This document shows positions 30,537 through 40,858 of a stretch of 64,000 bases of DNA, in pieces; within the stretch, counting starts at the first letter, position 1; every line of letters begins with the position of its first letter. Source of the DNA: Candidatus Bathyarchaeota archaeon (GTDB lineage: Archaea > Thermoproteota > Bathyarchaeia > Bathyarchaeales > Bathycorpusculaceae); contig CAWAKC010000003.1 in assembly GCA_963782525.1 (NCBI GenBank), forward strand, positions 288,001 to 352,000, written 5' to 3'. The notes beneath the pieces were generated by a model that was not told the origin of the DNA, searched no databases, and was given only the letters and a program-made list of their open reading frames with translations. The translations under genes were made by a program, and so were the position numbers.

Positions 30537-33350
30537 TTAACTGAATTCAGCTTTCTTTTTTATAAAGCTTTGGAAATTGAGCGTTTGCCTGCGGGAAGAA
30601 ACAAATTTGCCGATTTCGATGAATGCAAAAACCGTTCCGGCGAATAATGCAGCAACCGCCCAATCGACAAGTTCAGGCGTGTGAACGTCAAAGAGTGATT
30701 GCAGACCAGGCGTATAGAGAATCACCAGTTGTAATGCAAAGGAGGAGAGAACTGCATACCAGAGGAACCTGTTCTTAAAAATACCTACTTTGAAAACTGG
30801 GTACCTGAGGGAGCGGCAGGTTATGGCTACAGTTAACTCCATAACTACCATTGCAGTGAGCAGTTGGGTTCGTGCCTCCATGAGCCTGAAGTTGCTTAGC
30901 CAAGGCATATGGGAATAGAATGCCACTAACAATAGCACCGTCATCAAGATAGGTACTGTGCTTAGGTAGACTTTGACGTCTTTGCTAAAGATACTCTCGT
31001 TAGGTTTTCTAGGTTTACGCTGCATCAAGTCGGGGTCACCGGGGTCAACGCCTAAAGCGATTGCGGGCAAACCGTCTGTAACAAGGTTAACCCAGAGAAT
31101 CTGCACTGCTGTTAAAGCGATAGCCGCACTATTTACGAGTTCCACATCTGACCCAGGCGACAAAAACCGTGCAATATAGGGCACGCTGACTATGGCAAAG
31201 AACATTACGAGGATTTCCATTATGTTGCATTGGAGCAGGAAGGTAAGGTATTTTTTGATATTATCAAAGATTTCTCTGCCTTCCCTGACGGCTTTAACGA
31301 TGCTGGCGAAGTTGTCATCAGCTAAAACCATGTCGGCAGCTTCTTTGGTTACTTCGGTCCCGCTTATACCCATGGCGATGCCGATATCACTCATTTTGAG
31401 GGCAGGTGCATCGTTGACGCCGTCTCCTGTCATAGCGACGACTTCGTCTTTTGCCTTCCAAGCCATAACAATGCGGGTTTTGTGTTCAGGAGCAACACGA
31501 GCATAAACCACCACTTTCTCCACCACCTGCGCAAGTTGCTCATCCGTCATTTGCTCCAGGTCCTGACCCGTCAACACTTGTCCACCCTGCACCTCATCAT
31601 CAAGCAACTTTAGTTCTTTGGCGACGGCAGTAGCAGTAAGCTTGTGGTCGCCTGTAATCATAACAACACGGATACCGGCAGACTTGCAGATGCCGATAGC
31701 GTCTTTGACTTCTGGACGCGGCGGATCAATCATGCCCATGACGCCGACAAAAACAAAATCTGTCTCCATTTTATCGTCAAACTTTTCAGAGCGACGGGGT
31801 AATTCTTTGTATGCAAATCCGAGGTTTCGAAGTGCTTGTAGAGACATGACTTCGGTGATTTTGTGGTGTTTCTCTCGAATTTCTTTTGTGAGCAGTTGAA
31901 CTTTGCCGTCTAAGAAGATTTGGCTGCACCTCGCCAACACGGTTTCGGGTGCTCCTTTCATGTAAGCGATTCTTTTGCCTTCAACAGAATGTATAGTCGT
32001 CATGCGTTTGCGTTCAGAAGAAAATGGCACTTCGGCAACTCGAGGCACATCTTTTTCTAAATCTTCCTTGCTCACACCTGCTTTGCAGGCTGCAACCACC
32101 AGGGCGCCTTCTGTAGGGTCCCCTTTCACTATCCACTTCCCAGACTTTGGTTCTTTATCTAGGCTTGAATCATTGCATAATGTTGCGATTTTCAGCAGTA
32201 ATCGAAGGTTTTCATCTAATGCGACCGTTTTGTCTTCAAGTTGGAATTCGCCCTCTGGAGCATAACCGATTCCTGTGACCTTGAAGGTTTGATTGTTAAC
32301 ATAGAGGCGTTGGACGGTCATTTCGCCCTTGGTCATTGTTCCTGTTTTGTCGCTGCAGATGACGCTGGTGCTTCCAAGCGTCTCCACTGCTGGTAACCGT
32401 TTGACTATGGTGTTGACTTTTGCCATGCGGTACATGCCGATGGCAAGCGAGCCAGTGATTATGGCTGGTAACGCTTCAGGAACAGCTGCCACAGCAAGGC
32501 TAATCGCCCAAAGAAGCATGTCGACCACGGCGCGGTGCTCAACAAATATCCCAACCACACCAACGCTTGAAGCGACGACCACGCATAGGATGCCTATCCA
32601 TTTGCCAACGCCGCTCATTCGTTTCTCCAAGGGCGTCTGTTCCTGCGGTGCTGCTTGAACCAACTCAGCGATTTTTCCAAACTCCGTATTCATACCTGTT
32701 GAAGTAACTACTGCTTTGCCCCGTCCGTAAACGATGACTGTCCCACTGAAAACTAAGTTTCGCCTATCATTAAGCGGGGTTTGTTCAGGCAACGGCAAGG
32801 TGAATTTGTTGACAGGAGAGGATTCCCCAGTTAATGGAGCTTCATCTGTTTTCATCGTAGAGACTTCGAGAAGTCTTGCGTCAGCGGGAACTTTGTCGCC
32901 TGTGTAGAGAAAGATTATGTCGCCTGGAACCAGCTGATTAGCAGGAATTTTTGCTTCTTTGCCGTCTCGGAGAACGTTTGCGGTTGGTGCCGTCATTCTT
33001 TTGAGTGCTTCAACTGCTTTTTCGCTGCGGTATTCTTGGGTGAACCCTAATGTTGCACTGGCTATGACGATGGCGATTATAATGATGGCATCGGTTACTT
33101 CTCCAACAGCAATTGAAAGCCCTGTTGCTATTAGAAGGATAATCATGAGGACGTCAGTGAATTGGCTAAGTAAAAGTTTGAGGGGGGAGGTTCGTTTTTC
33201 TTTTTTGATTTCGTTAGGGCCGTATTCTTTGAGTCGTTGTTGTGCGTCTTGATTTGTTAACCCATTGGGTGTTACGCGTAATTCGCTTAGTCCCTCTTCG
33301 GCGGTTTTGCTATGCCACTGATTCGGCATCCTGCGGTTCCTCTCTTGCAT
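30537..33350 (-). CDS. Cation (Ca2+-type, P2) transporting P-type ATPase
   Basis: TGES, PEAL, DKTGT, KGAPE, TGDGVND motifs. Confidence 0.95.
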   Translation of the reverse strand: MQERNRRMPNQWHSKTAEEGLSELRVTPNGLTNQDAQQRLKEYGPNEIKKEKRTSPLKLLLSQFTDVLMIILLIATGLSIAVGEVTDAIIIIAIVIASATLGFTQEYRSEKAVEALKRMTAPTANVLRDGKEAKIPANQLVPGDIIFLYTGDKVPADARLLEVSTMKTDEAPLTGESSPVNKFTLPLPEQTPLNDRRNLVFSGTVIVYGRGKAVVTSTGMNTEFGKIAELVQAAPQEQTPLEKRMSGVGKWIGILCVVVASSVGVVGIFVEHRAVVDMLLWAISLAVAAVPEALPAIITGSLAIGMYRMAKVNTIVKRLPAVETLGSTSVICSDKTGTMTKGEMTVQRLYVNNQTFKVTGIGYAPEGEFQLEDKTVALDENLRLLLKIATLCNDSSLDKEPKSGKWIVKGDPTEGALVVAACKAGVSKEDLEKDVPRVAEVPFSSERKRMTTIHSVEGKRIAYMKGAPETVLARCSQIFLDGKVQLLTKEIREKHHKITEVMSLQALRNLGFAYKELPRRSEKFDDKMETDFVFVGVMGMIDPPRPEVKDAIGICKSAGIRVVMITGDHKLTATAVAKELKLLDDEVQGGQVLTGQDLEQMTDEQLAQVVEKVVVYARVAPEHKTRIVMAWKAKDEVVAMTGDGVNDAPALKMSDIGIAMGISGTEVTKEAADMVLADDNFASIVKAVREGREIFDNIKKYLTFLLQCNIMEILVMFFAIVSVPYIARFLSPGSDVELVNSAAIALTAVQILWVNLVTDGLPAIALGVDPGDPDLMQRKPRKPNESIFSKDVKVYLSTVPILMTVLLLVAFYSHMPWLSNFRLMEARTQLLTAMVVMELTVAITCRSLRYPVFKVGIFKNRFLWYAVLSSFALQLVILYTPGLQSLFDVHTPELVDWAVAALFAGTVFAFIEIGKFVSSRRQTLNFQSFIKKKAEFS

Positions 33351-33885
33351 GTTTTTTGTGGTAAATTACGCTGTGTTTGTACAAGGAAATTGCGCCGATA
33401 AACAAAACACTCAAACTTAAAAGCCAAACAATCCAGGCAAAAATTGTTCCATTAAGAATTATCTGTTTTTGCCATTGCCATGGAAAATCAACGACTTTCC
33501 CAAGAGGCCACGCACCAATAACCTGATAAGTAAACCCAAAAGCTGTCAACAATATTGCAGCGTACTGCTTATCCGCAGGGGCTTGAGGGCTTATTCCACG
33601 AAGGCTGTAATTGCAAAGCATTATTGCACCGATAATTAACGCTATGAAACTTGTCACGAAGAAAATTGGGGCTATGAAACTTCGTGGCAAAACCGTGTTG
33701 ATTTCTGAGGGTGGGTAAGTTGTGATGTCTTTTCCTAAGTCAAATATGGTCCAACGGCTAAGCAGAACGGAAGTCAGATAGAATACTCCGTAGGATGCTA
33801 AAAATAGGCCAAGAGATACTTTGTGGCTTCTTACATAATTGGAAAACTTGTTTAGGTAGGTTTGTTTTTGGATTTGGCTGCTCAT
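33310..33885 (-). CDS. Hypothetical membrane protein
   Basis: 4 TM segments; overlaps the ATPase start. Confidence 0.7.
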   Translation of the reverse strand: MSSQIQKQTYLNKFSNYVRSHKVSLGLFLASYGVFYLTSVLLSRWTIFDLGKDITTYPPSEINTVLPRSFIAPIFFVTSFIALIIGAIMLCNYSLRGISPQAPADKQYAAILLTAFGFTYQVIGAWPLGKVVDFPWQWQKQIILNGTIFAWIVWLLSLSVLFIGAISLYKHSVIYHKKHAREEPQDAESVA

Positions 33886-33985
33886 TAGGGTCCTGGCTTG
33901 AACTATTTTTAGCGACTTTATGATATATTAGTTTTTAAATTTTTTTTAATATGTCTATCAATTCTGTCCTGCAACATGAAGAGAA

Positions 33986-34016
33986 GTTGTTGTTGTTGTT
34001 GTTGTTGTTGTTGTTG
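33986..34016. repeat. (GTT)10 trinucleotide microsatellite
   Basis: Direct reading; a related (GCT)n tract lies at 34130-34149. Confidence 0.9.
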
Positions 34017-34291
34017 CAACTGCATTTTGCAGACCGATTGCAACAACAATCAAAGACAAACCCAAATTGCAACGCTAATTCCTTAAGCAAAGATGACAAA
34101 ACCGTAACCACAACAAACCCAGAGAAGATGCTGCTGCTGATGCTGCTGCAAACCAATTCACCCCAGCTGTTGCAACAATCAAACCATCTTTAACAAACCC
34201 AAATCAGAACGGCTTAATCCCCACAACTACAATGTAAGTTTCAAAGCTTAAATGGAACAAAATCGTTTCTCTTCCAAAAGAGGCAAAATCT

Positions 34292-35197
34292 GTGGCTAAC
34301 GAAATAATCCAAGATGGCGACTACGTTCTAATCTACTTGGACGCTCGCAGAACTTACATGATAAAGATGCAGGCAGGACAAACCTTCCACACCCACAAAG
34401 GCTACCTGAAACTCGATGAACTCATCGGCAAACCTTATGGTGAACCCATCAAGAGCAGCATGGGCATCTACTTCACCACCCTAAAACCCATCTTAACCGA
34501 TTACATCATGAAATCCAGCCGTAACACACAGATTATTTACCCCAAAGACGCCGCCTTAATCGTTATGTTCAGCGGCATCGGACCAGGCAGCCGCGTAGTC
34601 GAATCAGGCACAGGAACAGGGTCGTTAACCACTGCTTTAGCGCAATATGTTGGAGATACAGGTAAAGTTTACACTTACGAATTGCGCCCAGAGTTTCAGA
34701 AGAACGCGAAAAAGAATCTTGAGCGCTCAAAACTAATCGAGCGCGTCGAAATGAAAAGCGGCGACGTCACAGTTACCGGCTACGAAGAACGCGATGTTGA
34801 CGCTGCAATTTTGGATCTTGCAGTCCCATGGCTTGTAGTTCCGCACGCTTATACAGCCCTCAAACCCTCAGGAGTCCTAATCTCGTTTAGCCCCACAATC
34901 GACCAAGTGGTAAAAAGCACCGAGGCACTCCGCGAAAACGGCTTTGTCTTCATCGAAACCATCGAGTGCTTAATGCGTACCATGCAGGTTGAACGAGGCA
35001 AAACCCGACCTAACACGATGATGACGGGTCACACAGGCTACATTACCCATGCAAGAAAAATCCTCAAGCCACCTGTCCAAGAAACCCCGCAGATACCGGC
35101 ACTTTCCCAAGAAGCAATGCCAGAAGTAACTGTAAAAGAACCTACAATTGAAGAAACAGAAAATAATGAAGAATTGGCCGCAGAAGAAACTGCCTAA
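34292..35197 (+). CDS. trmI: tRNA (adenine-N1)-methyltransferase TrmI with acidic C-terminal tail
   Basis: 'TQIIYPKD', 'ESGTGTGSLT', 'LDLAVPW', 'GHTGYI'. Confidence 0.93.
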   Translation: MANEIIQDGDYVLIYLDARRTYMIKMQAGQTFHTHKGYLKLDELIGKPYGEPIKSSMGIYFTTLKPILTDYIMKSSRNTQIIYPKDAALIVMFSGIGPGSRVVESGTGTGSLTTALAQYVGDTGKVYTYELRPEFQKNAKKNLERSKLIERVEMKSGDVTVTGYEERDVDAAILDLAVPWLVVPHAYTALKPSGVLISFSPTIDQVVKSTEALRENGFVFIETIECLMRTMQVERGKTRPNTMMTGHTGYITHARKILKPPVQETPQIPALSQEAMPEVTVKEPTIEETENNEELAAEETA

Positions 35198-36819
35198 ATC
35201 TTATCTTTCATTTTGTGTTTAGCTGACTCAGGCATGGGCATGCTGAGTTGCCAAACGGCTTGTTTTAGTTGTTCGCTTTTTTCGCCTCGTGTTAAACCAT
35301 AGTACGTGCCCAATATTTTGCCGAAGTATGGGATTATGAAGCTGTCGAAGGTTTTGTAAAGTAGTGGGTTGGGTATGCGGTTTTCTAGGAAGGTTGGTTT
35401 CCAGATTTTGATGTTGTATTCCCAGCATTTGATGAAGAGTTCCCAGCGTGCTTTGCTGAGTGAATCCATTTCGGCGCCTTTCTTGTTCATCAGAACGCAG
35501 TTTTCAAGTGGCACGAAGAAGAGCGGCACATAGAATGCGTTGTAGCCTTTGAGTTTATCCATCAACTCCAATGTCTGGAGCATATCTTCTTCTTTTTCCT
35601 CAGGCAACCCAATGATGAGTGTTGCCAGGGGGTACCAGTCGTTATCATTTAGGATGCCAAAGGCATTTGTTACAACGTCTTGCCACTGTTCAGGCTTAAA
35701 CGGCAACATCTTACCCGCCATGTACTTCTTCATGAGACGGGGACTACCCGTTTCAACGCCTGTTTCCGCAGTGATTATTGGTTTTTTGCCGAAACTATAC
35801 CAGCTTTTCTCAATGAGGATTTCAGCGAGCTGCTTAATCATCAAAGGGTCATGCCAAACAGGAGCCAATGACATATGTGACGCCTGAATGCTCTTGACGC
35901 CAGGGTGGTCGGCGACACTTTTGACAAGTTTCACAACGGCTTCACGGTTGGGAATGAATGTTTTCTCTGTTGCCCCATAGATGAACAGGTCTTCTGTAAT
36001 TAGGGTAATGTGGTCGCTGCCTTGAGCGGTGCTAAGGGCAACTTCCTGCATAATTTTATCCAGCGGCACATCAACTTTATTCTGCATAGTAGGCGTGCAG
36101 AATTGGCAGTTTCTACCGCAGCCCTTGCTAATTTCCACAGCTCCGTGTATAGCAACGTTATTGGTTAAGGGCATTTCGACATTGTAGTTCCAGTTGTTTA
36201 AGGACTCATCAGCTTTAGCGATACGCGGAATGGGTTCACCGCTTAATGCTTTCTTGAATAGCTCCACGATTGGTCCGGGTCTGCCGCCGACTAAAACACA
36301 GTCAACGCCATAACTGTCTGAGACGTGTTTACGTTCCAGCTGCCATGAACCGAAACCACCTACAATGATTTTTGGCTTGTACTTTTTGATGGAGGGGTGC
36401 ATGACGAGTTTGCGGAATTCAATGGCGTTCATGGGTTCGCCGCCGCCAACAATAGATGAATATGTTTTGCTGACATATCCCATGCCCGTTGGGTCCATGC
36501 TGGATATGCCAACGACTTTGGTTTCTGGACCGATAAAGTTCTGCAGATCATCTGGGTGAGCCACTGCGATATCCTTCGGGGAAAAACCGCCTTGCAGAAG
36601 AATGGATTCTACTTTTCGCAGTCCGTATGGTGCGAACTTTGCTTGCCCGTCCGGTTTGCGGCCAGTGTGAGGATAAAGCGTTTTCCGCACGTATGATAAT
36701 GGGATCGGACCTTTGCCGAAGCCTCCAACGAACGCGATAAATGGATTATTAAAAAAATCGCTCATTTCTGTAGCGGATGCGGTTAGAACGATTTTCCTGC
36801 CCAATACTGCTGATGCCAA
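35194..36819 (-). CDS. B12-binding-domain radical SAM protein (Grs/Gms-like family)
   Basis: CxxxCxxC 'CGRNCQFC', N-terminal 'APYGLRKVE', 'GVETGS..L'. Confidence 0.8.
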   Translation of the reverse strand: MASAVLGRKIVLTASATEMSDFFNNPFIAFVGGFGKGPIPLSYVRKTLYPHTGRKPDGQAKFAPYGLRKVESILLQGGFSPKDIAVAHPDDLQNFIGPETKVVGISSMDPTGMGYVSKTYSSIVGGGEPMNAIEFRKLVMHPSIKKYKPKIIVGGFGSWQLERKHVSDSYGVDCVLVGGRPGPIVELFKKALSGEPIPRIAKADESLNNWNYNVEMPLTNNVAIHGAVEISKGCGRNCQFCTPTMQNKVDVPLDKIMQEVALSTAQGSDHITLITEDLFIYGATEKTFIPNREAVVKLVKSVADHPGVKSIQASHMSLAPVWHDPLMIKQLAEILIEKSWYSFGKKPIITAETGVETGSPRLMKKYMAGKMLPFKPEQWQDVVTNAFGILNDNDWYPLATLIIGLPEEKEEDMLQTLELMDKLKGYNAFYVPLFFVPLENCVLMNKKGAEMDSLSKARWELFIKCWEYNIKIWKPTFLENRIPNPLLYKTFDSFIIPYFGKILGTYYGLTRGEKSEQLKQAVWQLSMPMPESAKHKMKDKI

Positions 36820-37028
36820 ACCTTAGTCTTCCTCACGAATAAACTAAATGATTAGTCCATAGCGCATTTAAGAATTACTATAGCTAACATGTTGAGCCTA
36901 AGAAATTTGACGAAAAATCCAGTTACCGCTAATTAATTTGCAGAAATCCCGTCCATTCAAAACTTGAAAAGAAAGAACTTGGTATTCGGCAATCTTTAAT
37001 TTAGTAATGTATCTTTTATCTCAGAGGG

Positions 37029-37619
37029 GTGCCAGCAGTCACTTCTAAAAGGTTTCAGCCCAGAGCTCATCTAGCAACAATCGCTTTGCTATCATTCATT
37101 TTATCTTTCATAGCTGCAAGAGCATTCACAACATTCTTTCCTTCCACCGTCTTGATCACTAGCGGTATCCACATTCACCATTTCTGGTTTGGCATCGCCT
37201 TAGTTGCCCTCGGCGGTTGGCTGGGAATCAGCTATAACGACGAAGAAACTAGCAGAGTTGCCTCTATCCTCTATGGCGCAGGCGGAGGATTAATCGTTGA
37301 TGAAGTAGGATTGTTGCTTACTTTCGGAAATTACTGGACGAGTTTAACGTACGCTTTCCTTGTGGTTTTCCTATCTTTCATTGTTGTAATACTGCTCTTT
37401 TACAGGTATAGAACGGTAATAGAGGAAGAACTTTCAGAGTTTGCACGAAGTAAATTAAATTTGTACGTGGGAATTTTTCTTGCCGCCCTTTCACTTGCAT
37501 TCGTCATTCAAACACATAATTTCTTGGTCGCCGTAATCGCTGGTGCGGTAGCGGCCTTCGCCACAATCCTCATAGTTGTTTCTCTATTTCGACAACTCAG
37601 AAACACAAAAAATGACTAA
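37029..37619 (+). CDS. Membrane protein with HIHH motif
   Basis: 'GIHIHHFWFG...LYGAGGGLIVDE' and multiple TMs. Confidence 0.75.
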   Translation: MPAVTSKRFQPRAHLATIALLSFILSFIAARAFTTFFPSTVLITSGIHIHHFWFGIALVALGGWLGISYNDEETSRVASILYGAGGGLIVDEVGLLLTFGNYWTSLTYAFLVVFLSFIVVILLFYRYRTVIEEELSEFARSKLNLYVGIFLAALSLAFVIQTHNFLVAVIAGAVAAFATILIVVSLFRQLRNTKND

Positions 37620-37867
37620 ATCACATTTTTGCGACGAAAAGAATGAGCCAGCATATTCGAAAAATGATTTGCTTATATACTAAATTTTCGCATTCTCCCT
37701 GTTTCCATCCAAGACTCTATGGAACATAACTTTTTGTCTCCCAAAAAATTTAGAACGAAAGTTAAAAACCAGCATTTTTAGGTCTCGCATTTTAGCTTAT
37801 AAGTTCAAACAATTTTTTATATCCTCATCGCCTACTGAAATCTAGATTACAATTAGGAGAAATTATC

Positions 37868-38521
37868 TTGGTTAATCGTTTCACCAGTAAATGGACAAAA
37901 AAAGAAAATGAGGAACCGTCGCTTGCCTCAAAAATAATGAATGTTGGGAAACCTCAGGTAGATTTGAAGGAACAAATAAGCGTAGTTACGCAACGTTTAG
38001 ATACACAAACTAGATCGTTGGATGCCGCTGTTCACCGTTTTGAACTTCGGGATGCGGAAATTTTTCAGCGAGTCGTCAAAGCTATGACGCAGAGAGACAC
38101 TGCCCGAGCGAACATTTTTGCCACGGAACTTGGTGAAATACGCAAAGTCGAAAAGATGCTGTCCCATGCCTCCCTTGCCCTACAAAGCGTGTCCATGCGT
38201 CTGAGCACAGTTTCAGAAATGGGCGATGTAGTTGCTATGTTGAGCCCTGCAAAAAGCATGCTAAACAGTGTACGCACAGAGATGTGTGGTATTCTTCCCG
38301 AAGCAAGCCAAGAACTGGGAAACATCGGCTGCCTGCTCTCAGACATTGTTTCAACCACAAACCAAAGCAGCAACATGCCCGAGAACACGATAATGGCAAG
38401 CGCAGATGCAATGTCAATTCTCCAAGAAGCAGAGATAGCTGCAGAGAAGAAGCTGGGCGAAAAATTCCCTGAAGTAGGCTCTGGAGCAGTCGAGAATAAA
38501 CGCACAAGCATCGAAGCCTAA
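37868..38521 (+). CDS. ESCRT-III/Snf7 (CdvB-like) protein
   Basis: 'D..RANIFATELGEIRKV...LALQSVSMRLST...GDV...LSPA' CdvB core. Confidence 0.88.
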   Translation: MVNRFTSKWTKKENEEPSLASKIMNVGKPQVDLKEQISVVTQRLDTQTRSLDAAVHRFELRDAEIFQRVVKAMTQRDTARANIFATELGEIRKVEKMLSHASLALQSVSMRLSTVSEMGDVVAMLSPAKSMLNSVRTEMCGILPEASQELGNIGCLLSDIVSTTNQSSNMPENTIMASADAMSILQEAEIAAEKKLGEKFPEVGSGAVENKRTSIEA

Positions 38522-38532
38522 CTTTATGCATT

Positions 38533-38568
38533 ATAACCTGTGATTACAGGTTATCCTTCCTTTTCTTT
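38533..38568 (+). terminator. Hairpin plus pyrimidine tract after the cdvB-like gene
   Basis: ATAACCTGT-gatt-ACAGGTTAT followed by ccttccttttcttt. Confidence 0.5.
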
Positions 38569-38900
38569 CATACCCCCTAATCGACTCAGACAATGAACTA
38601 TAGCGTTACTATTATTTTTCTTTCAAATAGTTTAAAAAGGAAAAACCGAAGCGCTCAAAAAAACCGTCACTTTGTTCATATTTCGCCTGGGAAACCTATA
38701 CTTCTTCGTCATATAGGATTTCCCAGACTTTGCCGTCTGGGTAACTCTGAGCTATCATCTGATGTCTAGCTAATGCCTTCTCATCATTCGGCAAAAAACA
38801 ATAGCGCCGCTGAAAGATAAAAACATTGATACATCTAAAGCTGATTGCAGGGAACACTTTTATTTTCGAAAACAAATAATCTGGGGTAGGAGTCGAAATT

Positions 38901-39473
38901 ATGGATTTTGTTGGAAGTCAAACAGAAAAGAATCTTTTAGCTGCGTTTGCAGGCGAATCTCAAGCACGCAACCGCTACACATTCTTTGCAAGCGTAGCCA
39001 AAAAAGCAGGTTACGAACAAATCGGCGCGATTTTTGAAGAAACCGCAGGCAACGAAAAAGAACACGCAGAGTTATTCTTTAAACATCTTAAGGGCGGAAT
39101 GGTTGAAATCAAAGCATCGTACCCTGCAGGCGTATTCGCTTTAACAGCTGACCACCTTAAAGCAGCTGCAGAAGGCGAGAAGCTTGAGTGGGGAACGCTG
39201 TACCCGAATTTCGGCGACGTCGCAGAAAAAGAAGGGTTCCCAGAAGTTGCCCGAACATTCCGCATGATCGCAAAAGTAGAAGCCTACCATGAACGCAGAT
39301 ACAACAAACTACTCGAAAGCCTGCAACAGGGCAAAGTCTTCAAAAAAGATGCGCCAGTAAAGTGGAAATGCAGAAACTGCGGATTAGTAATCGAAGGAAC
39401 CAATGCACCTGACATGTGCCCAACATGCAATCATCCTAAAGCGTACTTTGAAGTCTGGGTAGAAAACTACTAA
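38901..39473 (+). CDS. rbr: Rubrerythrin
   Basis: 'AFAGESQARNRY', ExxH pairs, C-terminal CxxCG...CPxC. Confidence 0.95.
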   Translation: MDFVGSQTEKNLLAAFAGESQARNRYTFFASVAKKAGYEQIGAIFEETAGNEKEHAELFFKHLKGGMVEIKASYPAGVFALTADHLKAAAEGEKLEWGTLYPNFGDVAEKEGFPEVARTFRMIAKVEAYHERRYNKLLESLQQGKVFKKDAPVKWKCRNCGLVIEGTNAPDMCPTCNHPKAYFEVWVENY

Positions 39474-40040
39474 CCACACTTTTTTCATATTTTTTTATTC
39501 TATGGTTGAAAAAAGACCCAATAAGACCAACCTTCTTGAGAAAATCTGGTTTTTAAGGTTACAACTTAGTAGCGCTGAAACATTAAATACGCGTATCAAC
39601 AAAAAACCAAATAGAAATCTGTGAATCTAAAAACAAAAATTTTCCCTTAACCTTTCAAAACATAAAAAAGGAAGACCTCAGACACGACTACTTTACTTTG
39701 TAGTCTAGTTGCTCCACGCTATAGTTCACACTTTTTACCCTGTCTTTTTTTAGTTTTGGAGGCATTAAAATGGAACAGGGAAAAGACTTCACGATTGAGC
39801 TTTTCAAGCCTCGCAAACATGGACCCCGAAGCGATAAAGGAAAAAGTCATTATTACCCCAAAGAGCGAAGAAAATGGCAATAATCTTCTATCTGTAAAGC
39901 CATTCATATCATTTATGACTAAATTAACTTTAATTTCTATTAGTTAGCGAATTATTTTGGAAAAAATCGCGTTGCCAAGTCAAGAAGCAAAGTGAGTACA
40001 TCTTTATTTTCCATAATTTTGTCTTTAATTTTACTCAATG

Positions 40041-40475
40041 TTAATTTTTCATCTCATTTTTTGTCTCTTTTATCATCTCGTCAAGCATTTCAAAAAGCAA
40101 TTTTTTGAAGTTAAGTTCATATTCTTTCAAGGAATACCTAAATTCCATATCGTCTTCAGAGTCTCTAAGTGCTTCAATATTACATTGCATATCCTTCAGA
40201 CGGTCTAAACACTGTTTCAAAGATTTTGAGATATTAGGATTTTTTTCTAATATATGCTCTATTTCTGTTGAAAAAGTTCGTAATTCATTTGCGTCATCAA
40301 CATAAAGCCTTTTATCAGAGGGTAATGTGTGAATCGCTATTTTTCCGGTCTTTTTTTCTTTTGGACGTAAAGAGGCCATATATTTCCCAAGACCCTCACC
40401 TAAAGCTGGGTCTACCGCATACTTTTCTGCTGGGAGCAAGGGCGCAAGTTTGAGGGCTAACTTATTTTTCGTCAA
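40041..40475 (-). CDS. Hypothetical helical protein
   Basis: 144-codon ORF, charged/helical composition. Confidence 0.55.
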   Translation of the reverse strand: MTKNKLALKLAPLLPAEKYAVDPALGEGLGKYMASLRPKEKKTGKIAIHTLPSDKRLYVDDANELRTFSTEIEHILEKNPNISKSLKQCLDRLKDMQCNIEALRDSEDDMEFRYSLKEYELNFKKLLFEMLDEMIKETKNEMKN

Positions 40476-40858
40476 ACCCCTGAATTTCGGTTCAACCAGT
40501 ACTCGGAAACTAAAAAACTACCTCATCACTTACTCTATCCGTAATCAAGAAATGCAGGCTTCTCACACCTTTCCTGCAGTGGAGATAAACAAAATTTGTT
40601 TGTCTCCCCTCTGAGTTCCCTTTTTTGAAGTAACCTTTTCCATAACACATAATGATTATTTTTTAGAAAATTAAACCTTAGACATGGCTTTCAACAATGA
40701 CTTCAATTAGAAACAAAGATTACTGAAATATGCACTTGTGACTGTCCAATCACAACAACAATGCCTTTTAAATAAAGTTATTCAAAGTTAACTTGCTTAC
40801 TGAGAAAGCTAACAAAAAGTAGGGTAGCTTTAGAATTTTAGTCGGAGGTGAAAAAATA

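Noticed and set aside
34138-34140. Selenocysteine TGA inside a TGC run
   Set aside because: No start codon for this unit, no recognisable SECIS and no sel genes in the window
39719-39947. Overlapping 62- and 63-aa ORFs
   Set aside because: No RBS or motif support on either strand
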